Numbered from the stretch's first letter, positions 26,467 to 36,496 are shown. The stretch is 59,755 nt of DNA from Patescibacteria group bacterium (GCA_038065755.1 JBBTQJ010000031.1:1-59755), one strand, 5' to 3'. Notes: generated by a model not told the origin, from the letters alone. A program made the numbers and translations.

Positions 26467-27810
26467 ATGGAAGAGAAAGAAATAAAAAATATTTGCGTGA
26501 TGGGGATGGGGTTTATTGGCACCACCTTGGCTGTTGTTTTAGCAGAAGCCGGTTTTTTGGTTTTTGGCATTGAAAAAGACAAGGAAAAATTAGAGAAGTT
26601 GAAACAGGCAAAGCCCCACTTTCATGAAAACGGGTTGCCTGAAGCCTTGGCTGACCAGCTTTTAAAAAACCTTTTTTTATTTGACAAAATACCCCAAGAT
26701 AAAAAAATTGACGCTTTTGTTATTTCGGTTGCCACGCCTGTTGACCAAAAAACAAAACAGCCCAATTTAGAATATGTGAAACAGGCGGTAAACGATTTGC
26801 TGCCACATTTAAAAAATGGCCAGCTCGTTATTTTAAGAAGCACGGTTCCCGTTGGAACATCCAGAAAAGTGGTTTTACCTATGCTTCAAGAAAAATGCCA
26901 AAATGTTTATTTAAGCTTTTGCCCAGAAAGAACCGTAGAGGGCAAAGCTTTGGAAGAATTAAAAACTTTGCCTCAAATTATAGGCGGGTTTAACGAAGAA
27001 TCGTCAGAGTTTTCAGCCCAGATTTTTTCCCAGATTACTCCGGCCATAGTAAAAACCGGCTCTTTGGAATCAGCAGAAATAATAAAACTGATAAACAACA
27101 GCTATAGGGATTTTAATTTTGCTTTTGCCAATCAGGTGGCCTTAATTTGCAAAACCCTCGGATTAGACGCAAAAGAAGTAGTTGAGTCAGCCAACTTTGG
27201 CTATAAAAGGAGCAATGTTTTGCATCCTGGATTTGTAGCTTCGGGAAAAGCGGGGTTTGTGGGAGGGTTTTGCCTAGAAAAAGACCCCTATATATTAATT
27301 AATTCGTCCGGCCTGAACGGAGGGTTAATTAAGGCAGTAAGAGAAATAAACGAAGGCCTGCCAGAAAATGTTTTTAAAATAGTTATAGACCACTTAAAAG
27401 AAAAAAACATACCCATAGAAGAATCTAAAATATTTATTTCCGGATTTGCTTTCAAGGGTCATCCGGAAACAGATGATATGAGAGGTTCTCCGGCTTTGCA
27501 GCTTTTAGAATTTTTTAAAAAAAACCAGATTAAAAATTTATGCGGACACGACTTTATTGTGAAACCGGAAGAAATTGAAAAATTGGGCGTGGCTTTCTGC
27601 CCCATAGAGGAAGCCTTTGAAACAGCAGATGTTTTAATATTTATGAATAATCACAAAAAATACAACGACATTGCAATTGGCAGCTTGGCTGTAAAAATGA
27701 AAAAAGACGCGATGATATTTGACGGCTGGCAAATGTTTTCAGATAAATTAAAAAATATTGATATAAATTATGAATCAATCGGATACAAGAAAAAAAATAG
27801 GGTGGATTGA
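26467..27810 (+). CDS. nucleotide-sugar 6-dehydrogenase (UDP-glucose/GDP-mannose dehydrogenase family)
   Basis: 447 aa with ICVMGMGFIGTTLAVVLA and the catalytic-Cys region GGFCLEKDP. Confidence 0.85.
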   Translation: MEEKEIKNICVMGMGFIGTTLAVVLAEAGFLVFGIEKDKEKLEKLKQAKPHFHENGLPEALADQLLKNLFLFDKIPQDKKIDAFVISVATPVDQKTKQPNLEYVKQAVNDLLPHLKNGQLVILRSTVPVGTSRKVVLPMLQEKCQNVYLSFCPERTVEGKALEELKTLPQIIGGFNEESSEFSAQIFSQITPAIVKTGSLESAEIIKLINNSYRDFNFAFANQVALICKTLGLDAKEVVESANFGYKRSNVLHPGFVASGKAGFVGGFCLEKDPYILINSSGLNGGLIKAVREINEGLPENVFKIVIDHLKEKNIPIEESKIFISGFAFKGHPETDDMRGSPALQLLEFFKKNQIKNLCGHDFIVKPEEIEKLGVAFCPIEEAFETADVLIFMNNHKKYNDIAIGSLAVKMKKDAMIFDGWQMFSDKLKNIDINYESIGYKKKNRVD

Positions 27811-28783
27811 GATTTTTTTTAAAAGATACGGCGGAGTGATTCATAGAGAGTATGCAAGAAACGCCCTGGCAGAGATTTTTGACGTAGAATTATTGAATCT
27901 GGAAGCGAGGCGTTTTAAAAAATTCAGGTATTTAAAGTTTTTTGAATCGTTTTTTTATCTTTTGGCCATGAAAGGAGAAAAAGATTTATGGGTGAGGGGA
28001 TTTTTTGAAACTGTTTTTATGAGGACCAAAAGAACAAAAGGGAAAAATTTGGTTTGGATACACCACCTTGATTTTTCCGGCTATTCTTTGGTTTCTAGGC
28101 CATTTTTAAATTTTTTAAACAGGTTTTTCTTTTTTAGCAACCTTAAAAAAGCCGATTATATTGTTACAATATCTGAATATTGGAGAAAATATTTTTCTGA
28201 CAAGGGTTATAAAAATGTTTATAAAATATACGGAGGGTTTGAGCTGGAAAAATATAATATTTCAGAACAAGAGGTTTTTTTGTTTAAAAAAGAGCATAAG
28301 TTAGAAGGAAAACCCATAATATATTTGGGGAACTGCCAAAAAGGTAAAGGAGTGGTTGAGTCATACGAGGCCTTAAAGAACATAAACGCATATTTGGTTA
28401 CTTCGGGCGAACAAAAAGTAAAAATTCCGGCTTTAAATTTTAATTTAGATTATAAAGGATATTTAAAACTGCTTAAAGCGTCTTCAATTGTTTTAACTAT
28501 GTCAAAATTTAAAGAGGGCTGGTGCAGGACGGCCCATGAAGCAATGCTGTTGAGAACTCCGGTGATTGGGTCTGGGTCCGGGGGAATGAAAGAATTATTA
28601 GAGGGCGGAGAGCAGATAGTTTGCGAAGATTTTAAAGATTTAAGAAAAAAAGCGGAATATTTATTAAGCGACCAAGATGCAAGAAAAAAAATAGGGGAAG
28701 CAGGATATAGGTTTGCTGAAAATTTTTCCATAAAAAAGACGCAAAAAAACTGGCAGAATCTTATAGGTTTACTGCTTAACTAA
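27770..28783 (+). CDS. glycosyltransferase (GT-B, GT4-like C-terminal half)
   Basis: 337 aa with EGWCRTAHEAMLLRTPVIGSGSGGMKELLEGG. It overlaps the upstream gene by 41 nt. Confidence 0.65.
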   Translation: MNQSDTRKKIGWIEIFFKRYGGVIHREYARNALAEIFDVELLNLEARRFKKFRYLKFFESFFYLLAMKGEKDLWVRGFFETVFMRTKRTKGKNLVWIHHLDFSGYSLVSRPFLNFLNRFFFFSNLKKADYIVTISEYWRKYFSDKGYKNVYKIYGGFELEKYNISEQEVFLFKKEHKLEGKPIIYLGNCQKGKGVVESYEALKNINAYLVTSGEQKVKIPALNFNLDYKGYLKLLKASSIVLTMSKFKEGWCRTAHEAMLLRTPVIGSGSGGMKELLEGGEQIVCEDFKDLRKKAEYLLSDQDARKKIGEAGYRFAENFSIKKTQKNWQNLIGLLLN

Positions 28784-28785
28784 AA

Positions 28786-29661
28786 ATGGATTATTTAAAA
28801 ACGGCGAAACATTTATTTCATATATTTTTGATAAATCCGAATTTTTTTTTAAAAAGAGTTTTTTTTGAAATAGCGGCCGCTATTTCGCCTTTTCCAGAGC
28901 AACCCGTTTTCAAAAATATAAACGGAGTGATGATTAACTTTGATTTTAAAGATGAAGACAAAGCTAGAAAAATGTATTTTGGAACTTTTCAGCCGGCGAT
29001 TGCTGATATTTTAAAAAAATATTTAAAAAAGGGCGATACTTTTATTGACGCCGGGGCGAATGTTGGTTATTTTACGGCAGTGGCGGCCGGATTAGTCGGA
29101 CAATCGGGACAGGTTCACAGTTTTGAGCCGGTGCAAGAATATTTTCAAAAATTAAAAAATCTTAAAGATAAAAACAGCCGGTATAAAATAACAACAAATC
29201 AGCTTGCCCTGGGAGACAAAGAAAAAACAGAAAAAATTTATATCGGAGGCCCCTCCCATATCGGAGACAATACTTTTTTTCTTGATTTTTTAGAGGGCAT
29301 AAGCGAAGTAAAAAGCGCAGAGGTTAAAGTTGTCCGCCTTGATAAATATATTAAAGATAATGACCTTTGCAATATAAAATTAATAAAAATAGATGTGGAA
29401 GGTTTTGAGTTCCCTTTGCTTTTAGGGATGGAAGAATATTTTTTAGAGTGTTCTAAAACAGGAAATTACCCTAAAATTATATGCGAAATATGCCCCAAGG
29501 CCTATTCTTATTTAGGCAAAAAATTAGAAGACCTTTTTGATTATATGAAAAATTTTTCATACGAGCCGTTTGAAACTATAAATGAAAACATAGGGGTTAA
29601 TATAAATAAATTAAAAGAAAGAGACGTGGCAGATGTGCTTTTTAAACCCGCAGGCAATTAA
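28786..29661 (+). CDS. FkbM-family methyltransferase
   Basis: 291 aa with FIDAGANVGYFT and IKIDVEGFEFPLL. Confidence 0.8.
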   Translation: MDYLKTAKHLFHIFLINPNFFLKRVFFEIAAAISPFPEQPVFKNINGVMINFDFKDEDKARKMYFGTFQPAIADILKKYLKKGDTFIDAGANVGYFTAVAAGLVGQSGQVHSFEPVQEYFQKLKNLKDKNSRYKITTNQLALGDKEKTEKIYIGGPSHIGDNTFFLDFLEGISEVKSAEVKVVRLDKYIKDNDLCNIKLIKIDVEGFEFPLLLGMEEYFLECSKTGNYPKIICEICPKAYSYLGKKLEDLFDYMKNFSYEPFETINENIGVNINKLKERDVADVLFKPAGN

Positions 29662-29664
29662 ATT

Positions 29665-31101
29665 ATGGACATTATAAAAAATATAATTAATTCCAGCCAA
29701 AAATATCAAAAATTTATAATATTTGGCGCCTTATTCTTGGCGGCGGTTTCTTTCTTTGATAAAATACTGTTTACGGCATTTATATTTATCGCTTTTTTAA
29801 CAGCCATTTCGTTTTCTTTTATTAAAAAAAATAATGTTTTGAGCAGACTTTTTTTAATTGCTTTTTTAATCCATATATCAGTTGTTTTTTTTATATATTA
29901 TGCCCATTTTGAACCCTTTGGCGGGGCCGGAGATTATATAGAGTATAATCTCGTGGCTCAAAAATTGGCAGAAAGAATTCATCAGGGAAACTTTTCTTTA
30001 AAGGGAATAGAATTAAGCCACAATTTCCCTGTTTTTATAGGATATATTTATGCCTTTTCATACAGTAATATGCTTTTGGGCCAGATTTTCAACGCCTGGA
30101 TTGTCGCTATCTCGGTTATTTTTGTTTATTTGATAGTTGTGGAAATAGGGGGTTCTGAAAAACAGGGTTTTATTGCAGGATTGGTTGCTAATTTTTATCC
30201 GAGTTTGCTTTTTTTTGGAAGCTTGTTATTGAAAGACGCCCTGGTTGTTTTGCTGTCTTTAATCGCGTTGTTTTTTATTTTAAAAATTATTAAAAACTTT
30301 TCTTTTGGGAGGTTTTTAATTTTTTATTTGAGTTTAGGCAGTTTAATTCACTTTCGCATTTATATTGGATACGCCGTCCTTTTGACGTTTATTATTTGCT
30401 GGATGATGTTTTCAAATTTAAAATTGAAAAAGAGAATAATTTATTTTATTATAATAATTCCTTTTCTCGGTTTTTTACCGCAGATTTTTGCCGGCCAATC
30501 ATATTTTGCAATTAGTTTTTTAAACAGATATCTTAGCAAAGAAACAATTACTTATTATAGAGAAACTGTTTATGCGCCTCCTCCACCCTCTCAGCCAACT
30601 CCACTCTCTCAGCCAACTCCACCCTCCCAGCCAACTCCACCCTCCCAGCCAACTCCACCCTCCCAGCCAACTAAATTTTCATCAAAAGGCAGGGGCTCTT
30701 CAACGCTGATAAAAACAGGCTTTGAAAACCCTTTTACATTTTTAAAAAACACTTTATTATCTTTTACTCATGCCTTTTTCGGCCCGTTTTTTTGGCAAAT
30801 AAAACAACCTAAATACATTTTTGTTTTTATAGAAACAATATCATGGTATTTTTTATTATTTTTTATAATGAAGGGAATAATAAAAAATATCAGAAAACAA
30901 TATAAATATTTTTTACCGTTAATTATTTTCAGTATTTTTGTTTTTGGAATATTGGCTGTTTTTATAACTAATTTTGGCATAATAGCCAGAATAAGAATGC
31001 CGGCCTTCTTAGCCTTGCTGTGTTTGTTTCCGTTTGGATTTAAAAAAATAAATGATATTAAAATTCCATTTTTAGAAAAGTATTTTTTAAAAAAAATATG
31101 A
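29665..31101 (+). CDS. polytopic membrane protein, GT-C-like glycosyltransferase candidate, carrying a (PPSQPT)5 repeat
   Basis: 478 aa and multi-TM. The loop motif FGGAGDYIEY is present. It is paralogous to residues 1-440 of the ORF at 32013 (QGNFS.KG, RIRMPAFLALL). Confidence 0.5.
   Translation: MDIIKNIINSSQKYQKFIIFGALFLAAVSFFDKILFTAFIFIAFLTAISFSFIKKNNVLSRLFLIAFLIHISVVFFIYYAHFEPFGGAGDYIEYNLVAQKLAERIHQGNFSLKGIELSHNFPVFIGYIYAFSYSNMLLGQIFNAWIVAISVIFVYLIVVEIGGSEKQGFIAGLVANFYPSLLFFGSLLLKDALVVLLSLIALFFILKIIKNFSFGRFLIFYLSLGSLIHFRIYIGYAVLLTFIICWMMFSNLKLKKRIIYFIIIIPFLGFLPQIFAGQSYFAISFLNRYLSKETITYYRETVYAPPPPSQPTPLSQPTPPSQPTPPSQPTPPSQPTKFSSKGRGSSTLIKTGFENPFTFLKNTLLSFTHAFFGPFFWQIKQPKYIFVFIETISWYFLLFFIMKGIIKNIRKQYKYFLPLIIFSIFVFGILAVFITNFGIIARIRMPAFLALLCLFPFGFKKINDIKIPFLEKYFLKKI
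30583..30672 (+). repeat. in-frame tandem repeat, 5 x 18 nt (CCACCCTCCCAGCCAACT), encoding PPSQPT x5
   Basis: Units 3-5 are identical. Units 1 and 2 differ by 1-2 nt. The repeat is GC-rich relative to its surroundings. Confidence 0.9.
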
Positions 31102-32009
31102 AATGTTTAGTAACCGGCGGAGCAGGGTTTATTGGCAGTCACCTTGTTGACAAATTAATAGAAAAAAAATACAAGGTTGTTGTTGTTGATGATCTTTCTG
31201 CCGGAAAAAAAGAAAATTTAAATCAAAAAGCAGTTTTTTATAAAGTAGATATCTGCGACTTTGAAAAAATAAAGCCCCTTTTTAAAGGAGTTGATTTTGT
31301 TTTTCATTTGGCGGCTATTCCCAAGGTTTCTTCTTCTGTTGAAGACCCGGCAGGAACGTCAAAGATAAATATTTTAGGGACAATAAATGTTTTTAAAGCA
31401 GCCCTAGACAACGGCGTAAAGAGAGTTGTTTTTGCTTCTTCTTCGGCTGTGTACGGCAACCAAAAGAAACTGCCCTTGAAAGAAGATTTGAAGCTAAATC
31501 CTTTAAGTCCTTACGGATTGCAAAAATTAACAGGAGAGCAGTTTGCAAAATTATTTACAGACCTTTATAAACTGCCCGTAGTATCTTTAAGATATTTTAA
31601 TGTATACGGCCCAAGGATTGATTTTAATTCTGACTATAGCCTTGTAATAGGAAAATTTTTGCGCCAAAAAGCCCAAAAAAAACCTCTTACAATTTTTGGT
31701 TTAGGCAACCAAACCAGGGCATTTTGTTATGTTGCAGATGTGGTTTCAGCCAACATCAAGGCAGCTGAAAGCAAAAAATTAAAAGGTGGAGAAATAATCA
31801 ATATAGGCCAGAAAAAATCTTTTTCAATCAATTATTTAAGCCGGTTGGTTGGCGGTAAAGTCCAACATCTTCAAGAAAGAGCCGGAGACCTTGTTTATTC
31901 TTTATCAGATATTTCTTTAGCTAAAAAACTTTTGAAATGGGAGCCGAAGTACAGTTTAAAGCAGGGATTAGAAGAAACAAAAAAATGGTTTAACACTCAC
32001 AAACAATAA
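31098..32009 (+). CDS. NAD-dependent nucleotide-sugar epimerase (GalE/WbpP-like SDR)
   Basis: 303 aa with VTGGAGFIGSHL, SSSAVYG and YGLQK. Confidence 0.8.
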   Translation: MKCLVTGGAGFIGSHLVDKLIEKKYKVVVVDDLSAGKKENLNQKAVFYKVDICDFEKIKPLFKGVDFVFHLAAIPKVSSSVEDPAGTSKINILGTINVFKAALDNGVKRVVFASSSAVYGNQKKLPLKEDLKLNPLSPYGLQKLTGEQFAKLFTDLYKLPVVSLRYFNVYGPRIDFNSDYSLVIGKFLRQKAQKKPLTIFGLGNQTRAFCYVADVVSANIKAAESKKLKGGEIINIGQKKSFSINYLSRLVGGKVQHLQERAGDLVYSLSDISLAKKLLKWEPKYSLKQGLEETKKWFNTHKQ

Positions 32010-32012
32010 AGT

Positions 32013-35000
32013 ATGAATTTTTTTGAATTATTTTCAAAATACCAAAAACCTATAATATGGGGGGCCCTGTCTTTGGCGCTGATTGCCTTTTTTGACCAGG
32101 CGCTGGCAGTTGGTATTTTTTTGCTGACATTTTTTGTTGTAATAACCGTTGCAACGGCCATTAAAGTTGGCATTAAAGAAAAAGAATTTTATGCGCTTTT
32201 TTTAATTGTTATTTCAATTCATTTGCTGGCTGTGATGTTTATTTATTTTTACAATTTTTATCCTTTTGGAGGAGGGGAGGGCGACCAGTTTTATTATCAT
32301 AAAACAGCCGTTGAATTGTCTGAAAGATTCAGGCAGGGAAATTTTTCCATAAAAGGATTTGACGAAAATTATCCTTATTATTATGTGTCCCACTCTTATC
32401 CGGTTATAATAGGGGCCTTATATGCAATAACCGCTCCCCAAATAATTATAGGGCAGATATTAAATGTTTGGATTGTCGCCCTTTCATTATTATTTTTATA
32501 TTTGATAGTTGTTGAAATTTCCGGCTCTGTAAAAAAGGCTTTTTTAATTGGGATGATAGCTAATACATATCCGAGCTATATTTATTTTGGGAGTCTTTTA
32601 ATAAGAGACGCCATAATTGTTTTTTTGTCCTTATTTTTATTGCTGATGATTATAAGGCTTATTAAAAAGTTCTCTCGGAAAAATTTCATTTTTCTTTTTA
32701 TAATTCTCGGATTTTTAACGCATTTTCGTTTTTATGTCGGTTTTATTGGATTTTTAACTATTATTTTTTCTTTATTGTTTTCTTTTTCATTAAATTTAAA
32801 AAAGAAGCTTATTTTTATAATTACAGCCATTATTTTTCTAGCTGTTATTCCGCAGTTATTTGCCGGGCAGGGGTGGTTTGGCATTGATTTTTTCAATAAA
32901 TTTATTAATCAGGAAACTATCACCTCATTAAGAGAAAAAGAATATAAAAAAAATACTGTCAGCGACAGCCTTGCTTTGCCCGGGTCTGATGTGGTGGTGG
33001 AAACAGGTTTTGGAAATCCTGCTCTGTTTTTAAAAAATTCTTTGAAATCTTTTGCCTATATTTCGCTGGGGCCTTTGCCTTGGCAGATAAAATATTTCCG
33101 TCAGCTTTTTGCTTTGGCCGAAACCTTTCTCTGGTATTTTTCACTCTTTTTTATTCTCAGGGGTATTTTAAAATCATTTAAAAAATATAAAATTATTCTT
33201 CCCCTGGTTTTTTTCAGCATTGTGACATTTTTGGCGATAAGTTTGTTTACAAGCAATTTTGGCACATATATGAGAATAAGAATGCCGGCTTTTTTGGCTC
33301 TTTTGGCGCTGGCGGATTTCAATTTTAATAATAATATTTTTTGGCCGTCCTTTTTTCAAAGATTAAAAAAATCAGCAATTATAAAAAAAATTGGAGAATT
33401 ATCGGTTAAGGTTTATGAAAAAATAATGAGAGAGAAAATGACTCCGAATGTTTATGCTTTTTTAAAAAATCTCAGGTACACGATTTTTGGCTACAGCTTT
33501 GCGGCTTTTTGCGTTTTTGCTTTTGAAATAATGGCCGGGAGGATATTGGGAGCGGAAAATTACGGAAAATATGTTTTAAGCTCTATTATTGCTTTGTTTT
33601 TGTCGCTCTTGACAACCATAGGAACAACAATAGCCGTCATAAAATATATTGCCCGAGAGAAAAATGGGTCGGTTCATAAAAAAATTATCACATCAGCCTA
33701 TTTAATCGTGTTTTTTTTGATTTTTTTTGTAAGCTTTTTACTTTTTACTTTTTCGTCTTTTATATCTAAATTATTTTTTGTTCCTTTGGATATTTTTTAC
33801 TTAGCTATTTTATTTGCCGCCTGTTTTTCACTTTACAGCCTGGCAGCCGACATTCTTCGCGGGCTTTCTGAAATAAAAAAGCTGTCCTTTCTTAGAATGG
33901 CATACGGAGTTTTGATTATTTTATTTTTTATTGTCTTTTCTGCGGCAGGAAACGTTTCTTTCAAAACAGCCGTATATGTCATAAGTATTTCTTATTTTAT
34001 TGTATTTTTAGCTGTTACAAAAAATTTGCAAAGTTACATATCTTTTAAAATAGACAAACAGTGGGTAAAAAAACTTTTAAAGTACGGAATATATGCCATG
34101 GTGGGCGGGCCTTTATTCACTTTTTTACCAAGGATAGGGCAGATATTTGTGAATAAATACCTGACAGTTTCAGACGTGGGCATTTACAACGCATATTATC
34201 TTTCCTCTGTAAGCGTTATGGTGTTTTTTTATACGACGTTTGTAGTGGTGTTTTTTCCGACAGCTTCAAAATATAAAGAAAAAGGGCCGATTCTTAGAAA
34301 AATAAAAAAAATAATCCCTACTTTATTTTTAACAGGAACGCCTTTTTTATTTTTAACCCAATTAATTATTTTAAAACTTTACGGACGAGAATACCCTATT
34401 GATTATTTTTTAATGTTTTTATTTGCGGTTTCCGGAATTTTAATTTCAATATACGGGGTAATGGGCTGGCTTTTTTACTCAAAAAATATTTCCGGAGCCA
34501 AGCTTATTACAGGCTTAACAATTCTTGTGGCGGTTGCAAGCGTTCTTTTTAATATTTTTCTGATACCGTTATTTTCTTTGCAAGGAGCAGTTTTGGCGAT
34601 TATCTTTGCATACGTTATCGGAATAGCTTTTTTGTTCCTATTTGAAAAAAAACTTACAAGCGACGAAACAGCTGAAAAATATTCTGAAAAAATTAAAATC
34701 TGCTATGTGGCTTCTGTTGATACGACTTTTAAGTTTATATTGTTTAATCATCTTAAATTTTTAAAAAACGAAGGATATAATGTTTATGCAGTTTGTTCTG
34801 ACGGAAAATGGGTTGAGGAAATTGAAAAAGAGGGGATAAAAGTGAAAACCATAAGAATAAAAAGGAAAATAAGCCCCTTTTCAGATGCGATTGCTTTTTG
34901 GAAACTGTTTTTTTATTTCAAAAAAGAAAAATTTCATATTGTTCATACCCATACCTTAAAGCCTGCCTTTTGGGCGCAGATGGCGGCCAGGGCAGCTAAG

Positions 35001-35858
35001 GTTCCCATTGTTGTGAGCACCATGCACGGATTTGACTTTGGCAAGGAGTCTTCGTTTTTGAAGACTAATTTTTTCCTTTTTTTGGAAAAAATTGCGGCCA
35101 GACAATCAGATATTATTTTTTCTGTCAGTAAAAAAATTATTGAGGATTCTGTTAAAATCGGCATTTGCAAAAGAGATTCAATAAAATATTTAGGTGACGG
35201 AGTTGACCTTTCCAGGTTTGACCCCGCCAGGTTTTCAGAAGAATTTGTTGCCAAAAAAAAGAAAGAACTGGGGATTGGCAATTCAAAAAAAGTTATCGGT
35301 ATTGTAGCCAGATTGGTTGAAGAAAAAGGATATCTGGATTTATTCTCGGCGCTTGATATGGTTCTTAAAAAATTTCCGGAAACTTTATTGCTGGTGATAG
35401 GACAGGAAGAGCCGGAAAAAAAAGATGCCGTTAAAAAAGATATTTTTAAAAAATACAGGATAGAAAATAACGTAATATATTTGGGAGAAAGAACAGATAT
35501 GGAAGAAATTTATCCCTTAATGGATGTTTTTGTTTTGCCTTCGCATAGAGAGGGATTGGGTGTTGCGACAATAGAGGCCTCGGCAATGGAAAAACCAGCG
35601 ATAGTCACTAATACCGGAGGATGTCCTGAAACGGTTGATGATGGGAAAACGGGTATTTTGGTTCCTGTAAAAAATCCCGTTAAATTAGCAGAAGCCATAA
35701 TTTATATTTTTGAAAACCCAGAAAAAGTAAAAGAAATGGGCAAGGCAGGAAGAGAAAAAATTATTAAAGAATTTGACGAACAGCTGGTTTTTGACAGAAT
35801 TAATAAAGAATATCAGAACTTTATAGAAAAGAAATTAAAAAAAGAAAACAATGAATAA
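32013..35858 (+). CDS. three-module fusion of a GT-C-like membrane domain, a Wzx/MOP-flippase-like domain and a GT4 glycosyltransferase
   Basis: 1281 aa. Residues 1-~440 are paralogous to the ORF at 29665. Residues ~472-880 are a second multi-TM block starting at an internal Met (33426). Residues ~893-1281 are GT4 (KICYVASVDTT..., REGLGVATIEASAMEKPAIVTNTGG). Confidence 0.7.
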   Translation: MNFFELFSKYQKPIIWGALSLALIAFFDQALAVGIFLLTFFVVITVATAIKVGIKEKEFYALFLIVISIHLLAVMFIYFYNFYPFGGGEGDQFYYHKTAVELSERFRQGNFSIKGFDENYPYYYVSHSYPVIIGALYAITAPQIIIGQILNVWIVALSLLFLYLIVVEISGSVKKAFLIGMIANTYPSYIYFGSLLIRDAIIVFLSLFLLLMIIRLIKKFSRKNFIFLFIILGFLTHFRFYVGFIGFLTIIFSLLFSFSLNLKKKLIFIITAIIFLAVIPQLFAGQGWFGIDFFNKFINQETITSLREKEYKKNTVSDSLALPGSDVVVETGFGNPALFLKNSLKSFAYISLGPLPWQIKYFRQLFALAETFLWYFSLFFILRGILKSFKKYKIILPLVFFSIVTFLAISLFTSNFGTYMRIRMPAFLALLALADFNFNNNIFWPSFFQRLKKSAIIKKIGELSVKVYEKIMREKMTPNVYAFLKNLRYTIFGYSFAAFCVFAFEIMAGRILGAENYGKYVLSSIIALFLSLLTTIGTTIAVIKYIAREKNGSVHKKIITSAYLIVFFLIFFVSFLLFTFSSFISKLFFVPLDIFYLAILFAACFSLYSLAADILRGLSEIKKLSFLRMAYGVLIILFFIVFSAAGNVSFKTAVYVISISYFIVFLAVTKNLQSYISFKIDKQWVKKLLKYGIYAMVGGPLFTFLPRIGQIFVNKYLTVSDVGIYNAYYLSSVSVMVFFYTTFVVVFFPTASKYKEKGPILRKIKKIIPTLFLTGTPFLFLTQLIILKLYGREYPIDYFLMFLFAVSGILISIYGVMGWLFYSKNISGAKLITGLTILVAVASVLFNIFLIPLFSLQGAVLAIIFAYVIGIAFLFLFEKKLTSDETAEKYSEKIKICYVASVDTTFKFILFNHLKFLKNEGYNVYAVCSDGKWVEEIEKEGIKVKTIRIKRKISPFSDAIAFWKLFFYFKKEKFHIVHTHTLKPAFWAQMAARAAKVPIVVSTMHGFDFGKESSFLKTNFFLFLEKIAARQSDIIFSVSKKIIEDSVKIGICKRDSIKYLGDGVDLSRFDPARFSEEFVAKKKKELGIGNSKKVIGIVARLVEEKGYLDLFSALDMVLKKFPETLLLVIGQEEPEKKDAVKKDIFKKYRIENNVIYLGERTDMEEIYPLMDVFVLPSHREGLGVATIEASAMEKPAIVTNTGGCPETVDDGKTGILVPVKNPVKLAEAIIYIFENPEKVKEMGKAGREKIIKEFDEQLVFDRINKEYQNFIEKKLKKENNE

Positions 35859-36462
35859 TATGCAAATAATTTTAAAAAGAATTTTCGATTTTATAGTTTC
35901 TTTAACAGTTATTATTCTGCTTTTTCCTTTGTTTTTAATAACAGTTGTTTTGATAAAAATTGACTCTCATGGCCCGATTTTTTTCATTCATGAAAGAGCA
36001 GGAAAGAATGGCAAGCCATTTTATCCTCTTAAATTTAGAACCATGGAAGAAGGGTCTATTGAAAAGGGGCTTGGTTATAATGTTTCTGAAAAAGATGAAA
36101 GAATCACAAGAACGGGAAAATTTTTAAGAAAATGGGGCATAGACGAATTTCCTCAGCTTATAAATGTTTTAAAAGGGGAAATGAGTTTAGTCGGGCCTCG
36201 ACCTGCTTTTTTGCATCACATAAAGAAATACAGCGATTTCCAGAAAAAAAGGCTTTTAATGAAGCCCGGTATCGTGGGATGGGCATTGATCCACGGCAGA
36301 AACTCTTTGTCTTGGGAAGAAAGGATAAAGCACGATGTTTTTTATGTTGAAAATTGGTCTTTCTGGCTGGACATTAAAATTATATTTAAATCATTTTATT
36401 TGATTTTAATAAAACAGGAAGGGGTTTATGGCAAAGGCGGGGTAAACGACCCGTTTGATTGA
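35851..36462 (+). CDS. small monotopic phosphoglycosyl transferase (PglC/WbaP C-terminal type sugar transferase)
   Basis: 203 aa with KRIFDFIVSL..., a single N-terminal helix, and IDEFPQLINVLKGEMSLVGPRP. Confidence 0.9.
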   Translation: MNNMQIILKRIFDFIVSLTVIILLFPLFLITVVLIKIDSHGPIFFIHERAGKNGKPFYPLKFRTMEEGSIEKGLGYNVSEKDERITRTGKFLRKWGIDEFPQLINVLKGEMSLVGPRPAFLHHIKKYSDFQKKRLLMKPGIVGWALIHGRNSLSWEERIKHDVFYVENWSFWLDIKIIFKSFYLILIKQEGVYGKGGVNDPFD

Positions 36463-36496
36463 AAAAATATCTAAAAAGTAATAATGTTAATTAAAT

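Noticed and set aside
30583-30672. The 18-nt tandem repeat as a CRISPR array or other non-coding repeat.
   Set aside because: The units are contiguous with no spacers, in frame within a long membrane-protein ORF, and there are no cas genes. It is a coding tandem repeat.
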